Assembly (NCBI GenBank): GCA_963746775.1
Contig: CAVVCK010000002.1
Span: 139,571 to 203,570 of the forward strand
Direction of reading: 5' to 3'
DNA length: 64,000 nt
Source: an uncultured bacterium
GTDB taxonomy: Bacteria > Patescibacteriota > JABMPQ01 > CAVVCK01
Positions 32,701-42,410 of the stretch are shown piece after piece. The notes below the pieces were generated by a model. It was not told where the DNA came from and searched no databases. It saw only the letters and a program-made list of their open reading frames with translations. Each line of letters opens with the position of its first letter. Positions within the stretch are counted from its first letter, which is position 1. The position numbers and the translations under genes were made by a program.

Positions 32701-32829
32701 ACTCTTATTTATATTCGGATTATTATTAGCCAAAACTAAACCAGAACATATTATTAACGACAAACATAAAATAGTAACAAAAAGGCACAGGATTTCGGCC
32801 TTTTTAGCTAATTTTGTTAGTTTATTCAT
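29776..32829 (-). CDS. M4 (thermolysin-family) metalloprotease with propeptide, Ig-like domain and shared C-terminal domain
   Basis: NAFFDG, AHEYSHG, ESGALHEAYSDIFG, GGVHHNS; FTP/PepSY-like propeptide; C-terminal WRTWPNFFAFGD. Confidence 0.9.
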   Translation of the reverse strand: MNKLTKLAKKAEILCLFVTILCLSLIICSGLVLANNNPNINKSIKGIEFKDKHNFEYAVDKNTGKITFINSLGKNQSITLAEYPSENLTPAAMANQFVAEYGGYFGLSNSREETKLVDKKEDNLGMKHFWYSQRYKDIPVFAGQMSVHVKENLEISSANGIIVPDINIDTNPDISKEEAVNKAMESWQKQFKTSNNVKVLKNELTIFNKGIIENKTDNKNYLVYEVELIKEPVSHEYFYIDAHSGSLVYQITGTYNINRRIIDCYYYPYSGGAGCGLDTLYMGYIYGRSEGQAARGNNPDAIYGLKDTDNLYSIMNSTYNYFQERFSRNGANNQGGLGDGTYSAVENSDGWVYLDPIALVDPAFDCPNAFFDGFSINFCDGMVDIDVSAHEYSHGVVHYSIPGGLTYLNESGALHEAYSDIFGAQVEDYVTGDGNWLMGENINAGTFQGPIRSLADPKSVSDILGPQPDRFYSDFMYCGDDDNGGVHHNSTVISHAAYLMAEGGTNNTCTISAIGRDKMEQIFYRALTNYFTTNMDFNGAYNALNTACADLYGSTSTTCVATNQALMSVEINQGGQCSSIDRVIPGCGDTNAPEITGQDPADGAADIAKDTNITFSINDDNAGINPATIHVTISSEEVIVNSTFQTGYSITMTPNDSNGYEVSINPDENFDYNEVVIVNIEAADNNNNLVSSSWSFTITNIPIDPKIITTSGPGEISKLQAYDRQGNVAGSVIYNIFPPNYKGGAGIVSIDSNNNGLKDAMVIFALKNGGPQARILAQKSDNDLDLLGQMFVFDSSIRDGLSMAAGDFDGDGYADDIATCLTGDRTPNVRIYRDIKGVDNWEKIGDFTAPFGNVGCNVGTFQYDSGPSEILVAPNHGPADPYVYIYTVGGTLKEYFPAYGEGVQSGLTPSGIGERIYTTPNNGSSQINVFDKDGNRKNFWWAYEQHIRGDFKNVPGDIDLDGKDEILISPIGSNGPQVLAFESTGKWRTWPNFFAFGDKSLRNGVGIAVIDNWYEVN

Positions 32830-32941
32830 TTGTTTTTTTGTTTTTGTTTTTTCTTACGAAATATATTTTATAAAATTCGTAAGGTAGAATTATCGAAAAA
32901 ATAACTATTTACTTACATCTATTATAGCATAATTTAACATT

Positions 32942-35900
32942 CTATTCAATATCAAACACTCGTACCTGTGGACTACCTAATGATCCTGGCATAGTCATCA
33001 CCTCATCCTTTCCATCACCATCAGTATCACCAGCCGCTACCACTGCTCCACCTATATGGCTCGAAGGATAAGCTAAGAATGTTTTCATAATACTTTGATC
33101 CTGCCCTCTATAAATTTTTACCCAGGCCTGCCCTTGCGTTCTTTGTGAAACTATTATTTCTTCTTTGCCATCGCCATCAACATCACCGCCTGCCAAAGAT
33201 AAACCTCCTCGAAAATCAGAAGAAAATGCATAAAAGCCTGGATTTAATCTGACTACTTTATTTGTCAGAGTGTTAAACATCTGTACGTGCGGAGCTCCCA
33301 CTTCCGGCCCAGTTAATATCTCAAATCGGCCATCATTATTAAAATCAGCCGTAGCTAATCTAATTCCTCCTCTAAAATTTTTGTCATAAGCCATTTCCGA
33401 AGCAATTAACTGCCCTTTATAATTATGTACAGTAAAATGCGGTCCACCACCTGCTGCTGCTGCTACAATTATTTCTGGCCGGCCATCCATATTAACATCT
33501 CCGCAAGCAATATTAGCTCCACCTTGAAATTTACCATCTAGTGCAAAAAATCCAGCATTAACTGTTGGCTCCCCTTTAGCATTAAATATTCTGATATGCG
33601 GCCTGCCCCCCTTACCCGGTGCTGTTACAATTTCATCTGTACCATCCATATCTAAATCACAAGTGGCTACTCTAACACCAGACCTTAAATGCTCAGCATA
33701 AGCAAAAAATCTACTTACAACATTTCCATTTCCATCAAAAATAGATACTTGCGGACCAAATCCTTCTGATGTACCCGTAATTATTTCATTAGGGCTAAGT
33801 ACTCCACCTATCACATTCCCAGAATAAATATGGTATCCACCCCGTAATCTTGTATCATAAGCATTAAAATCTAATTTACTTTCTTCTACTTGATCATCAG
33901 GCGGAAGAGAACCATCTTTATTTAAAATTATAAAACATCTTTCACAAATCCCAACTTGTCCATCCAAATTACTTACTTTTACATCATAATAGGCTGGAGG
34001 CATTAAACCAATAGGTGCTTCTACTGTTAATTTATTACTAGCATTAACTAATGTTTTAACAGATGATAATGATCCAAACATAGCAGTTGCTCCATAACTA
34101 AAGTTAGAACCATTAATATTTAACCAAATTGTTTGTGAAGAATTATCAGCTGGCGTATATCTATCTTTTGGTGAAACACTAGTCGGCTTTGGAGCTGGAT
34201 CAACATAAGGCGGTTCATTACCTTCCAGGGAAATTTCTCGAATTAAATCATTCCAATTATCAGCTATATACAACTTATTATGAGCTATATCAGGTAATAA
34301 ACCTTTGGGATTATTAAATCTAGATTCTAAGTTTTTACCATTCTTAAAACCTCTTTCGGTTTTACCGGCTATTGTTCGAACACTTCTTGATTCTATATCC
34401 ATATACTTAACTATTTGACTGCCAACTTCTGTAAAATATAAATTACCATCAGCCCCTACTTTGACATATTCTGGATAAGATAATACTGCTGTAGTACCAA
34501 TAGCATCACGATAACCATTATTACCATTACCAGCTACTGTTGTAACTTCAGTAGTTTCAATTTCTACTCTTCTTATCCGCTGATTATTACTATCAGCTAC
34601 ATATAAATATTTTCCACTTAAATCAATATCAATTCCAAATGGTCGATTAAACTTAGTAGCTATTCCCTTACCATCTGCAAAACCAGCACTTCCCGAGCCT
34701 GCTACTAAAGATGTTTGACCGTCAGCTATTTTTATTTTTCTAATTCTATTATTACCTGTATCTGAAACATATAAATATTCATCATTTGGTGATATTACTA
34801 TTCCTCCGGGTACATTAAATTTTGCCTCTGCCCCATTTCCTTCTGTATATCCATTACATGACTGATTGCAATCAGTTGATCCTCCCCCAGCTACTAGAGA
34901 TGTTTCTAGCGTACTTAAATTAATTTTTCTTATACGATTATTCCATCTATCCGCCACATATAAATTACTGCCAGAACTATCGATCGTTAAACTGGTAATG
35001 TTACTAAATCTAACCCTATCACCATCCCCCTCACGATAAGCATCCACTACACTACCAACAATATGAGTAGTACTGCCATCAGCTATTGTTATTCTTCTGA
35101 TAAAATTATTTTCTGCTAAGTAAATATATTGGCCGTCAGGCGACATAACTAAATCATTAGGCCGGCCTACTTTTGAATCAGCCTTTGAACCAAATTCATA
35201 ATTAAATCTATTTTTACCTGCTACCCGATCTTCTTCAGCTGAAACTGCTTCCTTTTCTTTATGAAATCTTTGAATAGTACCAATACCAGAATTAGCTACA
35301 TAAACATAATCTCCACTAGATGCAATTCCTTTGGGATAATTAACAGTAGACATCGCTGCGTCTTCGGCTAGAGTTGTAACATTGTTATTAGATAAATTAA
35401 TTTCACGAACGTAATCAGAATACCCATCACCATCGGTAACATATAAATAATTGCGGCCGGAATCTAGAGCTACACCAACAATATTTCTAAATTGAGCAGA
35501 AGTTCCAGCACCATCACTATAGCCAGCGCTGCCTGAGCCAGCAATTGTATTTTTTGAACCACTAGCAAGATCAATTTTAACAACTTGATAGCTTCCGCCC
35601 TCAGCTACATATAAATAATTGCCGCTAGAGTCTGTGGTTAATTTTTTAGGTGAACTTACTGAAGCATTAACAATACTCATGGTTCCTCCAGAAGTTGAAA
35701 TTTTTTTCACAGCATTATTGCCAGTATCAGAAATATATAAAGTTGATCCCTTTATGTAAAGACCTTCGGGATAGGATAATCCTTCGGAAACTAGAGTTGA
35801 TACTTGTCCTCCGGATATTTTTTTAATTTTATGATTATACGTATCGGCCACAAATACCGTATCACCTGAGACAGCAATACCCTTAGGTAAAGCAAATTCG

Positions 35901-36196
35901 GCACCAGAGTTTGATCCGGTTTTATCACCATAAGATCCGGATCCGGCCAAAGTGGAAATTTTATTAGAAGTATTAATCTTTCTTACTACATTATTATAAG
36001 TATCCGCAATATACATATTGCCGCTAGAATCATAAACTAAATCCTCGGCAAAATCTAAATAAGCATCTTTGGCATTTCCTCCATCACCCGAATAAATACT
36101 GCTCATATAAGTAGATACATCTCCATAGGCTGCCAAAGATAGGGTAGGAAGTAATAACAAAATTCCCGATAATATCAAAACTTTACCAATCCTCAT
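32942..36196 (-). CDS. Secreted NHL-repeat protein with IPT-like domain and FG-GAP repeats
   Basis: Many YVADxxNNRIRKI repeats; GDVDGDGKEEII repeats. Confidence 0.85.
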   Translation of the reverse strand: MRIGKVLILSGILLLLPTLSLAAYGDVSTYMSSIYSGDGGNAKDAYLDFAEDLVYDSSGNMYIADTYNNVVRKINTSNKISTLAGSGSYGDKTGSNSGAEFALPKGIAVSGDTVFVADTYNHKIKKISGGQVSTLVSEGLSYPEGLYIKGSTLYISDTGNNAVKKISTSGGTMSIVNASVSSPKKLTTDSSGNYLYVAEGGSYQVVKIDLASGSKNTIAGSGSAGYSDGAGTSAQFRNIVGVALDSGRNYLYVTDGDGYSDYVREINLSNNNVTTLAEDAAMSTVNYPKGIASSGDYVYVANSGIGTIQRFHKEKEAVSAEEDRVAGKNRFNYEFGSKADSKVGRPNDLVMSPDGQYIYLAENNFIRRITIADGSTTHIVGSVVDAYREGDGDRVRFSNITSLTIDSSGSNLYVADRWNNRIRKINLSTLETSLVAGGGSTDCNQSCNGYTEGNGAEAKFNVPGGIVISPNDEYLYVSDTGNNRIRKIKIADGQTSLVAGSGSAGFADGKGIATKFNRPFGIDIDLSGKYLYVADSNNQRIRRVEIETTEVTTVAGNGNNGYRDAIGTTAVLSYPEYVKVGADGNLYFTEVGSQIVKYMDIESRSVRTIAGKTERGFKNGKNLESRFNNPKGLLPDIAHNKLYIADNWNDLIREISLEGNEPPYVDPAPKPTSVSPKDRYTPADNSSQTIWLNINGSNFSYGATAMFGSLSSVKTLVNASNKLTVEAPIGLMPPAYYDVKVSNLDGQVGICERCFIILNKDGSLPPDDQVEESKLDFNAYDTRLRGGYHIYSGNVIGGVLSPNEIITGTSEGFGPQVSIFDGNGNVVSRFFAYAEHLRSGVRVATCDLDMDGTDEIVTAPGKGGRPHIRIFNAKGEPTVNAGFFALDGKFQGGANIACGDVNMDGRPEIIVAAAAGGGPHFTVHNYKGQLIASEMAYDKNFRGGIRLATADFNNDGRFEILTGPEVGAPHVQMFNTLTNKVVRLNPGFYAFSSDFRGGLSLAGGDVDGDGKEEIIVSQRTQGQAWVKIYRGQDQSIMKTFLAYPSSHIGGAVVAAGDTDGDGKDEVMTMPGSLGSPQVRVFDIE

Positions 36197-36233
36197 TAGT
36201 TTTTATTTTAATTTTATTATTTAATTATTAATT

Positions 36234-36461
36234 TTAATTACTAGATTCTCCCTTAAGTTCATCTATCATTCTAATTAGAGTAACCGCAACTTTTCTCCTA
36301 TCTTCACTGGAAAGCTGCTTAATATCTAATTTACTGCCTAAATTATTTACTAACCTATTCACTTCGTCCACACTAAAAAATTGATCCCCTTCTAGATCAG
36401 GTGCTGATAAATTCTCTCTAGGCTTATCAGGAGAATGCCCTCCTGTTTCTATTTGTGTCAT
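36234..36461 (-). CDS. Hypothetical protein
   Basis: 75 aa ORF co-oriented with neighbours. Confidence 0.55.
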   Translation of the reverse strand: MTQIETGGHSPDKPRENLSAPDLEGDQFFSVDEVNRLVNNLGSKLDIKQLSSEDRRKVAVTLIRMIDELKGESSN

Positions 36462-36540
36462 ATTTTTTATTCTAATTATTAATTTTAAACTTTACATTTT
36501 AAATTCCCATTTGATATCATAGTATTTTTTAAATCACTTC

Positions 36541-37332
36541 TTAATTTTTATCTTCCCTCATCCTTTTTATTTTCTCCTCTAAATCTTGTAGCATACTCAT
36601 AACAAATTCTTTATGTTTCCTCTTATTTTCCTCTAATTGATTATTTATCTCACTAACTTTCTGTCTTTCTTGTTCCAACTCCTTTTCTTTTTGATTATTT
36701 ATTTCTTTTTCTTGTTCTAACTCATTTGTAATTTTATTTAGCTCCTTCCTGCCTGCTGTCAACTCCTCATTTTTCTGATTAATTTCATTTTGCAATTCAT
36801 CTTTTAACTGTTTTAATTTGTCTGAAGCTAGATTGGCTATATTAAAAAGTTCATTAAAATTATTCTCACCCTCTGGTAATTCAACTTTTTCATCTAATTT
36901 TCCTTGAGATAAATTATTAAATAATGGCGTTAATAAAGAGATTGCTTCCTCCATTTCTTTGATCAATTTTTCTTTTTCTAATTCACAGCTTTTCTCGTTA
37001 GTTGTATCCCAAGAAATACCTAAAATCCCCGATGGTTCATTGCTTCCATCCTTCAGGGGAATTAATATTTCCTTAAGCCAAACAATATTTTCTCCTTCTT
37101 TATATTTTTGATCAAATTCTTTAACTTTGCCTATTTCCATAATTTTCTTCTCGTCAGCAATCCTTTGCTCAGCATCTTTCTTAGAATAAAAATTATAATC
37201 AGATTTTCCTTCTATTTCTTCTGACTTAATATTTAGGGCCCTGGCACAGCTTTCATTACACCATAAATACATAGAACTTCTGTCCTTTATAAATATTTTT
37301 CTTTCGGTTTTTTTCTTAAAAATGTTGAACAT
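36541..37332 (-). CDS. PAS-domain / coiled-coil protein
   Basis: IFIKDR..YLWCN..EIEGKSDYNF..PLKD..GILGISWDTT; long coiled coil; no output domain. Confidence 0.75.
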   Translation of the reverse strand: MFNIFKKKTERKIFIKDRSSMYLWCNESCARALNIKSEEIEGKSDYNFYSKKDAEQRIADEKKIMEIGKVKEFDQKYKEGENIVWLKEILIPLKDGSNEPSGILGISWDTTNEKSCELEKEKLIKEMEEAISLLTPLFNNLSQGKLDEKVELPEGENNFNELFNIANLASDKLKQLKDELQNEINQKNEELTAGRKELNKITNELEQEKEINNQKEKELEQERQKVSEINNQLEENKRKHKEFVMSMLQDLEEKIKRMREDKN

Positions 37333-37424
37333 CTCTATAATTTGTTTTATACTTAAATATTATACCATAAAAATAATAAAAAAAGATAGGCTATAAACCT
37401 ATCTTTTTAAATTAGAAAATCAAC

Positions 37425-38342
37425 CTAGTATACTATAAACATAATATTAGCATTGGCTGCTACTCCCGTATCATCATAAGAACCAATTGCAACAACATTA
37501 TCTGCTGCTAGAGGCTGTACTATTCTAATATCATCAGTAGCAACTGCTGTATAGTAACGAGTATCAACATCAAAAGTATCATCAAACGTCACAGTATAGT
37601 CACCTGCTCCATTTCTCTCACAAGTAACATCTGTATCATTGGCTGTCCAAGATTTTTCTAAACAATCGGCAGCATCACCATTAATTTCTACCATAGCTTT
37701 TACTGCTCCGTTAGCTGTTAAATCCTGTTCAATATCACCAGAAGTGGATATGCCTCCGGCTGTAACTGTACCATCAGCAATAATATCACCATCAGTACCA
37801 ATAGTTACACCATCAACACCTTCTCCACCACCACCACCAACAGCTATATAATCATCTACATTTAATTCATCACCTATAGTAACAGCACTACCAACAGCAA
37901 GAGTACTAGTAATAGTAGCTGCTCCACCATATAAATTAGTAGCCCTAACACTTCTAAACACATTGGCTTCTGTACCTAAATCATACATATTAGTAGTTTC
38001 CGGTCTAATAGTATCTGCTAATTTAAGAGGATTATCTCCACCAACTTCTGTTCTAAATAATGTACCATCTATTCTAACATCATCACCAAAAGCTACAGGA
38101 TTACCACTGCCATCATCAGTTGTAGTTGCATTTATGATAGTACCATTAAAGAAAGTAACACCTCCTACTCCTTGCTTACCAATATAAACAGAATCAAATC
38201 TTCCTGTAGCATTAACTACTAATTCTTCATTGTAAGTAATAGTAGAAGCTGGTTGAAGTACATCTGCGGTAGAAGCAGAAACTGAACCGACAATTAAAAA
38301 CAATCCAAAAACAATTCCTAAACTTAAAATTAATTTTTTCAT
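37425..38342 (-). CDS. Secreted fibre-like protein, paralog A
   Basis: Signal peptide; GGVTFFNGTIIN..FGDDVRIDG and GAVKAM shared with the neighbour. Confidence 0.75.
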   Translation of the reverse strand: MKKLILSLGIVFGLFLIVGSVSASTADVLQPASTITYNEELVVNATGRFDSVYIGKQGVGGVTFFNGTIINATTTDDGSGNPVAFGDDVRIDGTLFRTEVGGDNPLKLADTIRPETTNMYDLGTEANVFRSVRATNLYGGAATITSTLAVGSAVTIGDELNVDDYIAVGGGGGEGVDGVTIGTDGDIIADGTVTAGGISTSGDIEQDLTANGAVKAMVEINGDAADCLEKSWTANDTDVTCERNGAGDYTVTFDDTFDVDTRYYTAVATDDIRIVQPLAADNVVAIGSYDDTGVAANANIMFIVY

Positions 38343-38494
38343 TTTATTTTCACCTCCCTTCGTTATAAGTTTTTATTTACCGTGCTTAAGTATTATAGCA
38401 GATTGGCAAATTTATTTATCCACAGGCTCTTGCTAAAATATAAAAGGCAGAATAGAACAATTCTGCCTTTCTGCTTTAATTCTTTAAATTTTTA

Positions 38495-39553
38495 CTAATA
38501 AATAGTTAACATAAAGCTAGAGGTACTGTAAGTATCAGCTCCTTCAGAATCATGAAATAATGATACCCATATCTGTTTGCTATTGCCAAAAGGGTCCATA
38601 TAAGCTGTTGCTTCTGTAGAAAGATCATCGCCAGTTATAGGATTAGGAGCAGGAGTAACCTGCCAAAATCTATTATTAATATTAAAATTAAAAGTTACCT
38701 TATAATAAATAATCCCTTCTCCAGCAACGGTACGATTACAGGTTATAGTAGATCCATTATAAGTCCACTGCCTACCATTACTAGAAGTACAATCACCATC
38801 GGCAGGAACATAAATCATAGCCTTGACTGCACCATGGTCTTCTAAATCCTGTGTAATATCACCTGTAGCTGTAATAGTGTCAACATTTAAATCAGCAGAA
38901 GAAGAAATATCACTGCCAGTAATTGTTCCGTTAATAATCTTAGCTGAAGTTATAGCATCATCAGCTAAATTAGTTGTGGCTATAGTTCCATTAGCAATCT
39001 TAGCTGAAGTTATAGCATCATCAGCTAAATTAGTTGTGGCTATAGTTCCATTAGCAATCTTAGCTGAAGTTATAGCATTATCAGCTAAATCAGCTGTGGC
39101 TATAGTAGCATTTAAAATATTATCAGAATCAACTATGCCAGTTCCTACTAAACCTCCTACGGTTAAATCACCAGTTATCTCCATATCATCATTAACAATA
39201 AGTTCTCGATCATCATTTAATCCTGGTCCGGCATTTTCTCCTCTCCAAATACGTCCATCTATTCTGACATCATCGCCAAAGGTAACAGGTTGTTCTGCCC
39301 CTGTATCTACATTAGTAGTCTCATTAATAATTGTACCATTGAAAAATGTTACACCGCCAGAACCCTGACTACCAATACGCACAGAATAAGCTCTAGCTGT
39401 TCCCAGTACTTGCAACTCATCCTTAATAATTTGAACTGAAGCTGGTTGAAGTGTTTCTGCTGTAGATGCAGAAACAGCTTCTACAAAAGCAAACACACCA
39501 AAAATCGCAATCAAAACTCCCAGTTTCCCTATAAAGGGTTTATAAATTTTCAT
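38495..39553 (-). CDS. Secreted fibre-like protein, paralog B, with 20-aa repeats
   Basis: Same motifs as paralog A plus ITSAKIANGTIATTNLADDA repeats. Confidence 0.75.
   Translation of the reverse strand: MKIYKPFIGKLGVLIAIFGVFAFVEAVSASTAETLQPASVQIIKDELQVLGTARAYSVRIGSQGSGGVTFFNGTIINETTNVDTGAEQPVTFGDDVRIDGRIWRGENAGPGLNDDRELIVNDDMEITGDLTVGGLVGTGIVDSDNILNATIATADLADNAITSAKIANGTIATTNLADDAITSAKIANGTIATTNLADDAITSAKIINGTITGSDISSSADLNVDTITATGDITQDLEDHGAVKAMIYVPADGDCTSSNGRQWTYNGSTITCNRTVAGEGIIYYKVTFNFNINNRFWQVTPAPNPITGDDLSTEATAYMDPFGNSKQIWVSLFHDSEGADTYSTSSFMLTIY
38936..39106 (-). repeat. 60-bp tandem repeat, about 3 copies
   Basis: 38941-39000 identical to 39001-39060; third copy diverged. Confidence 0.9.
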
Positions 39554-39656
39554 TTTGTTTTTGTCTCCTTATTAGTCCGCCAAAGCTTTAACAAAAGCGG
39601 ATTTATTTATTAAATTAATAACTATTTTACTTAACCATTATAGCAGATTGGAAAAA

Positions 39657-40409
39657 TTACTTATCCACAACTAGGCTTTTAACTTTTTTAATATTAATAT
39701 AAAGCCAATAAACATAAATAACAAAAAATATACCGGACAAAAAATTAATAACCATATTGGCTAAAGGAATAAAACTAGAAAACACTATAATAACTGTGAA
39801 TGCAAAAAACACCAATATATGTTTCCATAATAGATCTAAAAAATTATCTTTCACTAGAATAAAACTCTCTTTAATACACTCGGTAATTTTCTTATTTTCT
39901 AAAATTAATAAATAAGGTGCAAACATCATGCAAAAACCTATAATAATCCCCGGAATAATTAAAAATATAAAACCAACCATAGTGAGCAAGAAAGATAAAA
40001 AATATACCCCCCATATCTTCCATTTTAAATTCCAGACAAAATAAAAATATTCTTTTATAGTTCTCTTTTGATCCTTTGCTGCATCGTCAGTTGCTTTTAT
40101 TAAAGCTGCCTGACCCAAAAGAGGCAAAAAGGTAATAGTAATTATATAAAATAATATTAATAATGCTATTACTAAAACTAGTAAAATATTAAATACTATA
40201 TTATTGCCAAAAGGGGCTGCTTCTATAAAAAAAAGTGCCCCCATTCCAAAAGCAAATCCTAAAGCTAAAAATAATATAACTATTCCAAAAGTTACACCCA
40301 TTATAATGCCCATTATAATTAAAAATGTTTCAATTTTTTTAGAAAAGGTGTCCAGGGTTTTACTTAATAAATCCTGAATTGTAATAAATCTGCTTTCATT
40401 GCTTGCCAT
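39657..40409 (-). CDS. Multi-pass membrane protein
   Basis: Several TM segments, FLIIPGII..FAPY pattern. Confidence 0.7.
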   Translation of the reverse strand: MASNESRFITIQDLLSKTLDTFSKKIETFLIIMGIIMGVTFGIVILFLALGFAFGMGALFFIEAAPFGNNIVFNILLVLVIALLILFYIITITFLPLLGQAALIKATDDAAKDQKRTIKEYFYFVWNLKWKIWGVYFLSFLLTMVGFIFLIIPGIIIGFCMMFAPYLLILENKKITECIKESFILVKDNFLDLLWKHILVFFAFTVIIVFSSFIPLANMVINFLSGIFFVIYVYWLYINIKKVKSLVVDK

Positions 40410-40452
40410 TTTAATTAACTTAAATTTAATTAATCATATCCAAATAATATTC

Positions 40453-41175
40453 TTATTTGTTTAAATAATCAATCGGGTTATACCACTTATCTAGCTCCCC
40501 CTTACTCTGCACATACCCTCTTAAATCCAGACTGCTCCCTTTTAATATAGCAAAATGTAAATGCTTTCTTTCATTATCAGTCTCATTAGTAAATCCTCTA
40601 CCCAATATTCCTATCTTATCGCCCTTTTTAACTTCGCTATTTATATTGATTAAAGAATCTGGATTTAAATGTCCGTATAAAGAGATAATATTTTCATTAT
40701 TTATATTATGAGTTATAGCTAAAAACCCTCCGTAACCAGATACCCATCTAGATAAAATTACGTTTCCATCTGCTATAGAAAAAACCTCAACCTCATTTTC
40801 AACATCTTCATATTCTACATCGGATCCAGTATGATAGCCCTGAAACCTTTCTGGCTGCACTGGAGAATTTTGGGGGGTTATATAAATTCCAAAAGGTTTC
40901 TTGGTAATTCTTTTTTCAAATTCTGCTATTGGCTCTATAGGTTTATTATTATCTACTTTTTCAGCTTCTGTATTAATATTGTTTTCCGTTTCATTTATAT
41001 TTATTTTATTTTCATTATTATCAACATTATTAACATCTTGTTTCATTTCTTTATTTTCTGGTAATTGATTTTCATTATTTTGTTTTTCATTTCTAAATTT
41101 AAAATAAAAAAATATTGTTATAGCTATAGTTATAACAATTATAATTACAATTAAAAATAAGCTAACTTTTTTCAT
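40453..41175 (-). CDS. M23 family peptidase
   Basis: HTGSD, YGHL, HLHF; N-terminal TM. Confidence 0.9.
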   Translation of the reverse strand: MKKVSLFLIVIIIVITIAITIFFYFKFRNEKQNNENQLPENKEMKQDVNNVDNNENKININETENNINTEAEKVDNNKPIEPIAEFEKRITKKPFGIYITPQNSPVQPERFQGYHTGSDVEYEDVENEVEVFSIADGNVILSRWVSGYGGFLAITHNINNENIISLYGHLNPDSLININSEVKKGDKIGILGRGFTNETDNERKHLHFAILKGSSLDLRGYVQSKGELDKWYNPIDYLNK

Positions 41176-41396
41176 TTAACGTTGTTTATTTTTTATATTT
41201 TATTTGTGTTTTATATATAAAATTATAAAAATTAGAGATAGAAGCAGGGTCTCCTGTACTTCAAGAAAGGTATAAAGAACATTTAGATGTATAGCTTTAT
41301 TAGGTTGGATTTTTTGCTCAAAGATTCATCTGCTATTCAACGAAGACGTCAAAGAAGAAAATATTGTCCTCACAGTATAATATCTTTGGTTAGACT

Positions 41397-41591
41397 CTAT
41401 AATGTCTCGACATCCTTATTTTCTTTTAGCCTGCGTAAAAGTTCTTTCTTTATCTGATTACACCTCTTTTTTTCTTCCTCATAACCACCAGGCTTCGGAT
41501 TCAAGTGCCCCCGGGCAAGAGTGCTCGATAGGCTTTCGAATTCATCGAGCAACTCTTCGCAAGACAATTTTTCTAGCGTCTCTCCACTCAT
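41397..41591 (-). CDS. Hypothetical protein
   Basis: 64 aa with AGAGAGGA RBS-like sequence upstream. Confidence 0.45.
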   Translation of the reverse strand: MSGETLEKLSCEELLDEFESLSSTLARGHLNPKPGGYEEEKKRCNQIKKELLRRLKENKDVETL

Positions 41592-41670
41592 AATATCCTC
41601 TCTTTCTAACAGCCTAAAGCTATGGTTTATTTATATATAAAAGGAAGTCGCTTGTCAATTAAAGCTCTTT

Positions 41671-41994
41671 TTATTTATATCTTTTATCAATTTCTTTTAT
41701 CTTATGTTCTAGAGCCTTTTTAATATCAACATCCATTGATTTTGCTAGAAGCAAGGCAGTAATAATAACATCAGCAAATTCTTTGGGTAAATTATTTTTA
41801 GTATGCCCGTCTAATTTCTTTTTTCTCTGAAAAGAACAATGAGCTAAAATCTCATCGCATAATTCACTTACCTCTTCATTTAATTTAACTGTTCTAGCTA
41901 AAATCCTTTTTTCATGGTCAGGGTAATTACCATAATATTTTTTTAATCTTACGTCTTCAGTTTCTATAAATTTTAATAAGTCTTTAAATTCCAT
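41671..41994 (-). CDS. MazG-like NTP pyrophosphohydrolase
   Basis: KLNEEVSELCD..EFADV. Confidence 0.8.
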   Translation of the reverse strand: MEFKDLLKFIETEDVRLKKYYGNYPDHEKRILARTVKLNEEVSELCDEILAHCSFQRKKKLDGHTKNNLPKEFADVIITALLLAKSMDVDIKKALEHKIKEIDKRYK

Positions 41995-41999
41995 AAATT

Positions 42000-42305
42000 T
42001 TATTCATCTTTAGTTCTGGTGAGCTTATCATTAATTTTTTTATATTCTCTTTTCTTATTTTTCTCTACTTTATTTAAAATCTCTTTTTCTAAATTAATTC
42101 CTAAAATTTCCGAAAGCCCCAAAAGATAAATAGCTACATCAGCTATTTCTTCACCCAAGTCATCTTTTTTCTTTAAATAAGCTTGGTGCGCCTCTGCCAA
42201 TTCATCAAAAGTCAAAGCAAATTCTAAATTAATATCTTTTACGTTGAAACTTTTTTTAACTTTATTACTATAGACTTCTTTTTGTAATTTTTTTAAATCA
42301 ATCAT
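42000..42305 (-). CDS. MazG-like NTP pyrophosphohydrolase
   Basis: DELAEA..GEEIADVAIYL..KVEKNKKR. Confidence 0.8.
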   Translation of the reverse strand: MIDLKKLQKEVYSNKVKKSFNVKDINLEFALTFDELAEAHQAYLKKKDDLGEEIADVAIYLLGLSEILGINLEKEILNKVEKNKKREYKKINDKLTRTKDE

Positions 42306-42410
42306 TGTTTTTTATTATTATTCTAAATATTAACAGATTATATTAATATTTAAAACAAAAAGAGGTAGAACAATGTTCTGCCTCTTTTTTTCTATAAATC
42401 TCTAATTATT

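Noticed and set aside
14502-39669. Replication origin suggested by DnaA boxes
   Set aside because: Boxes are single and scattered rather than clustered, and there is no dnaA/dnaN nearby.
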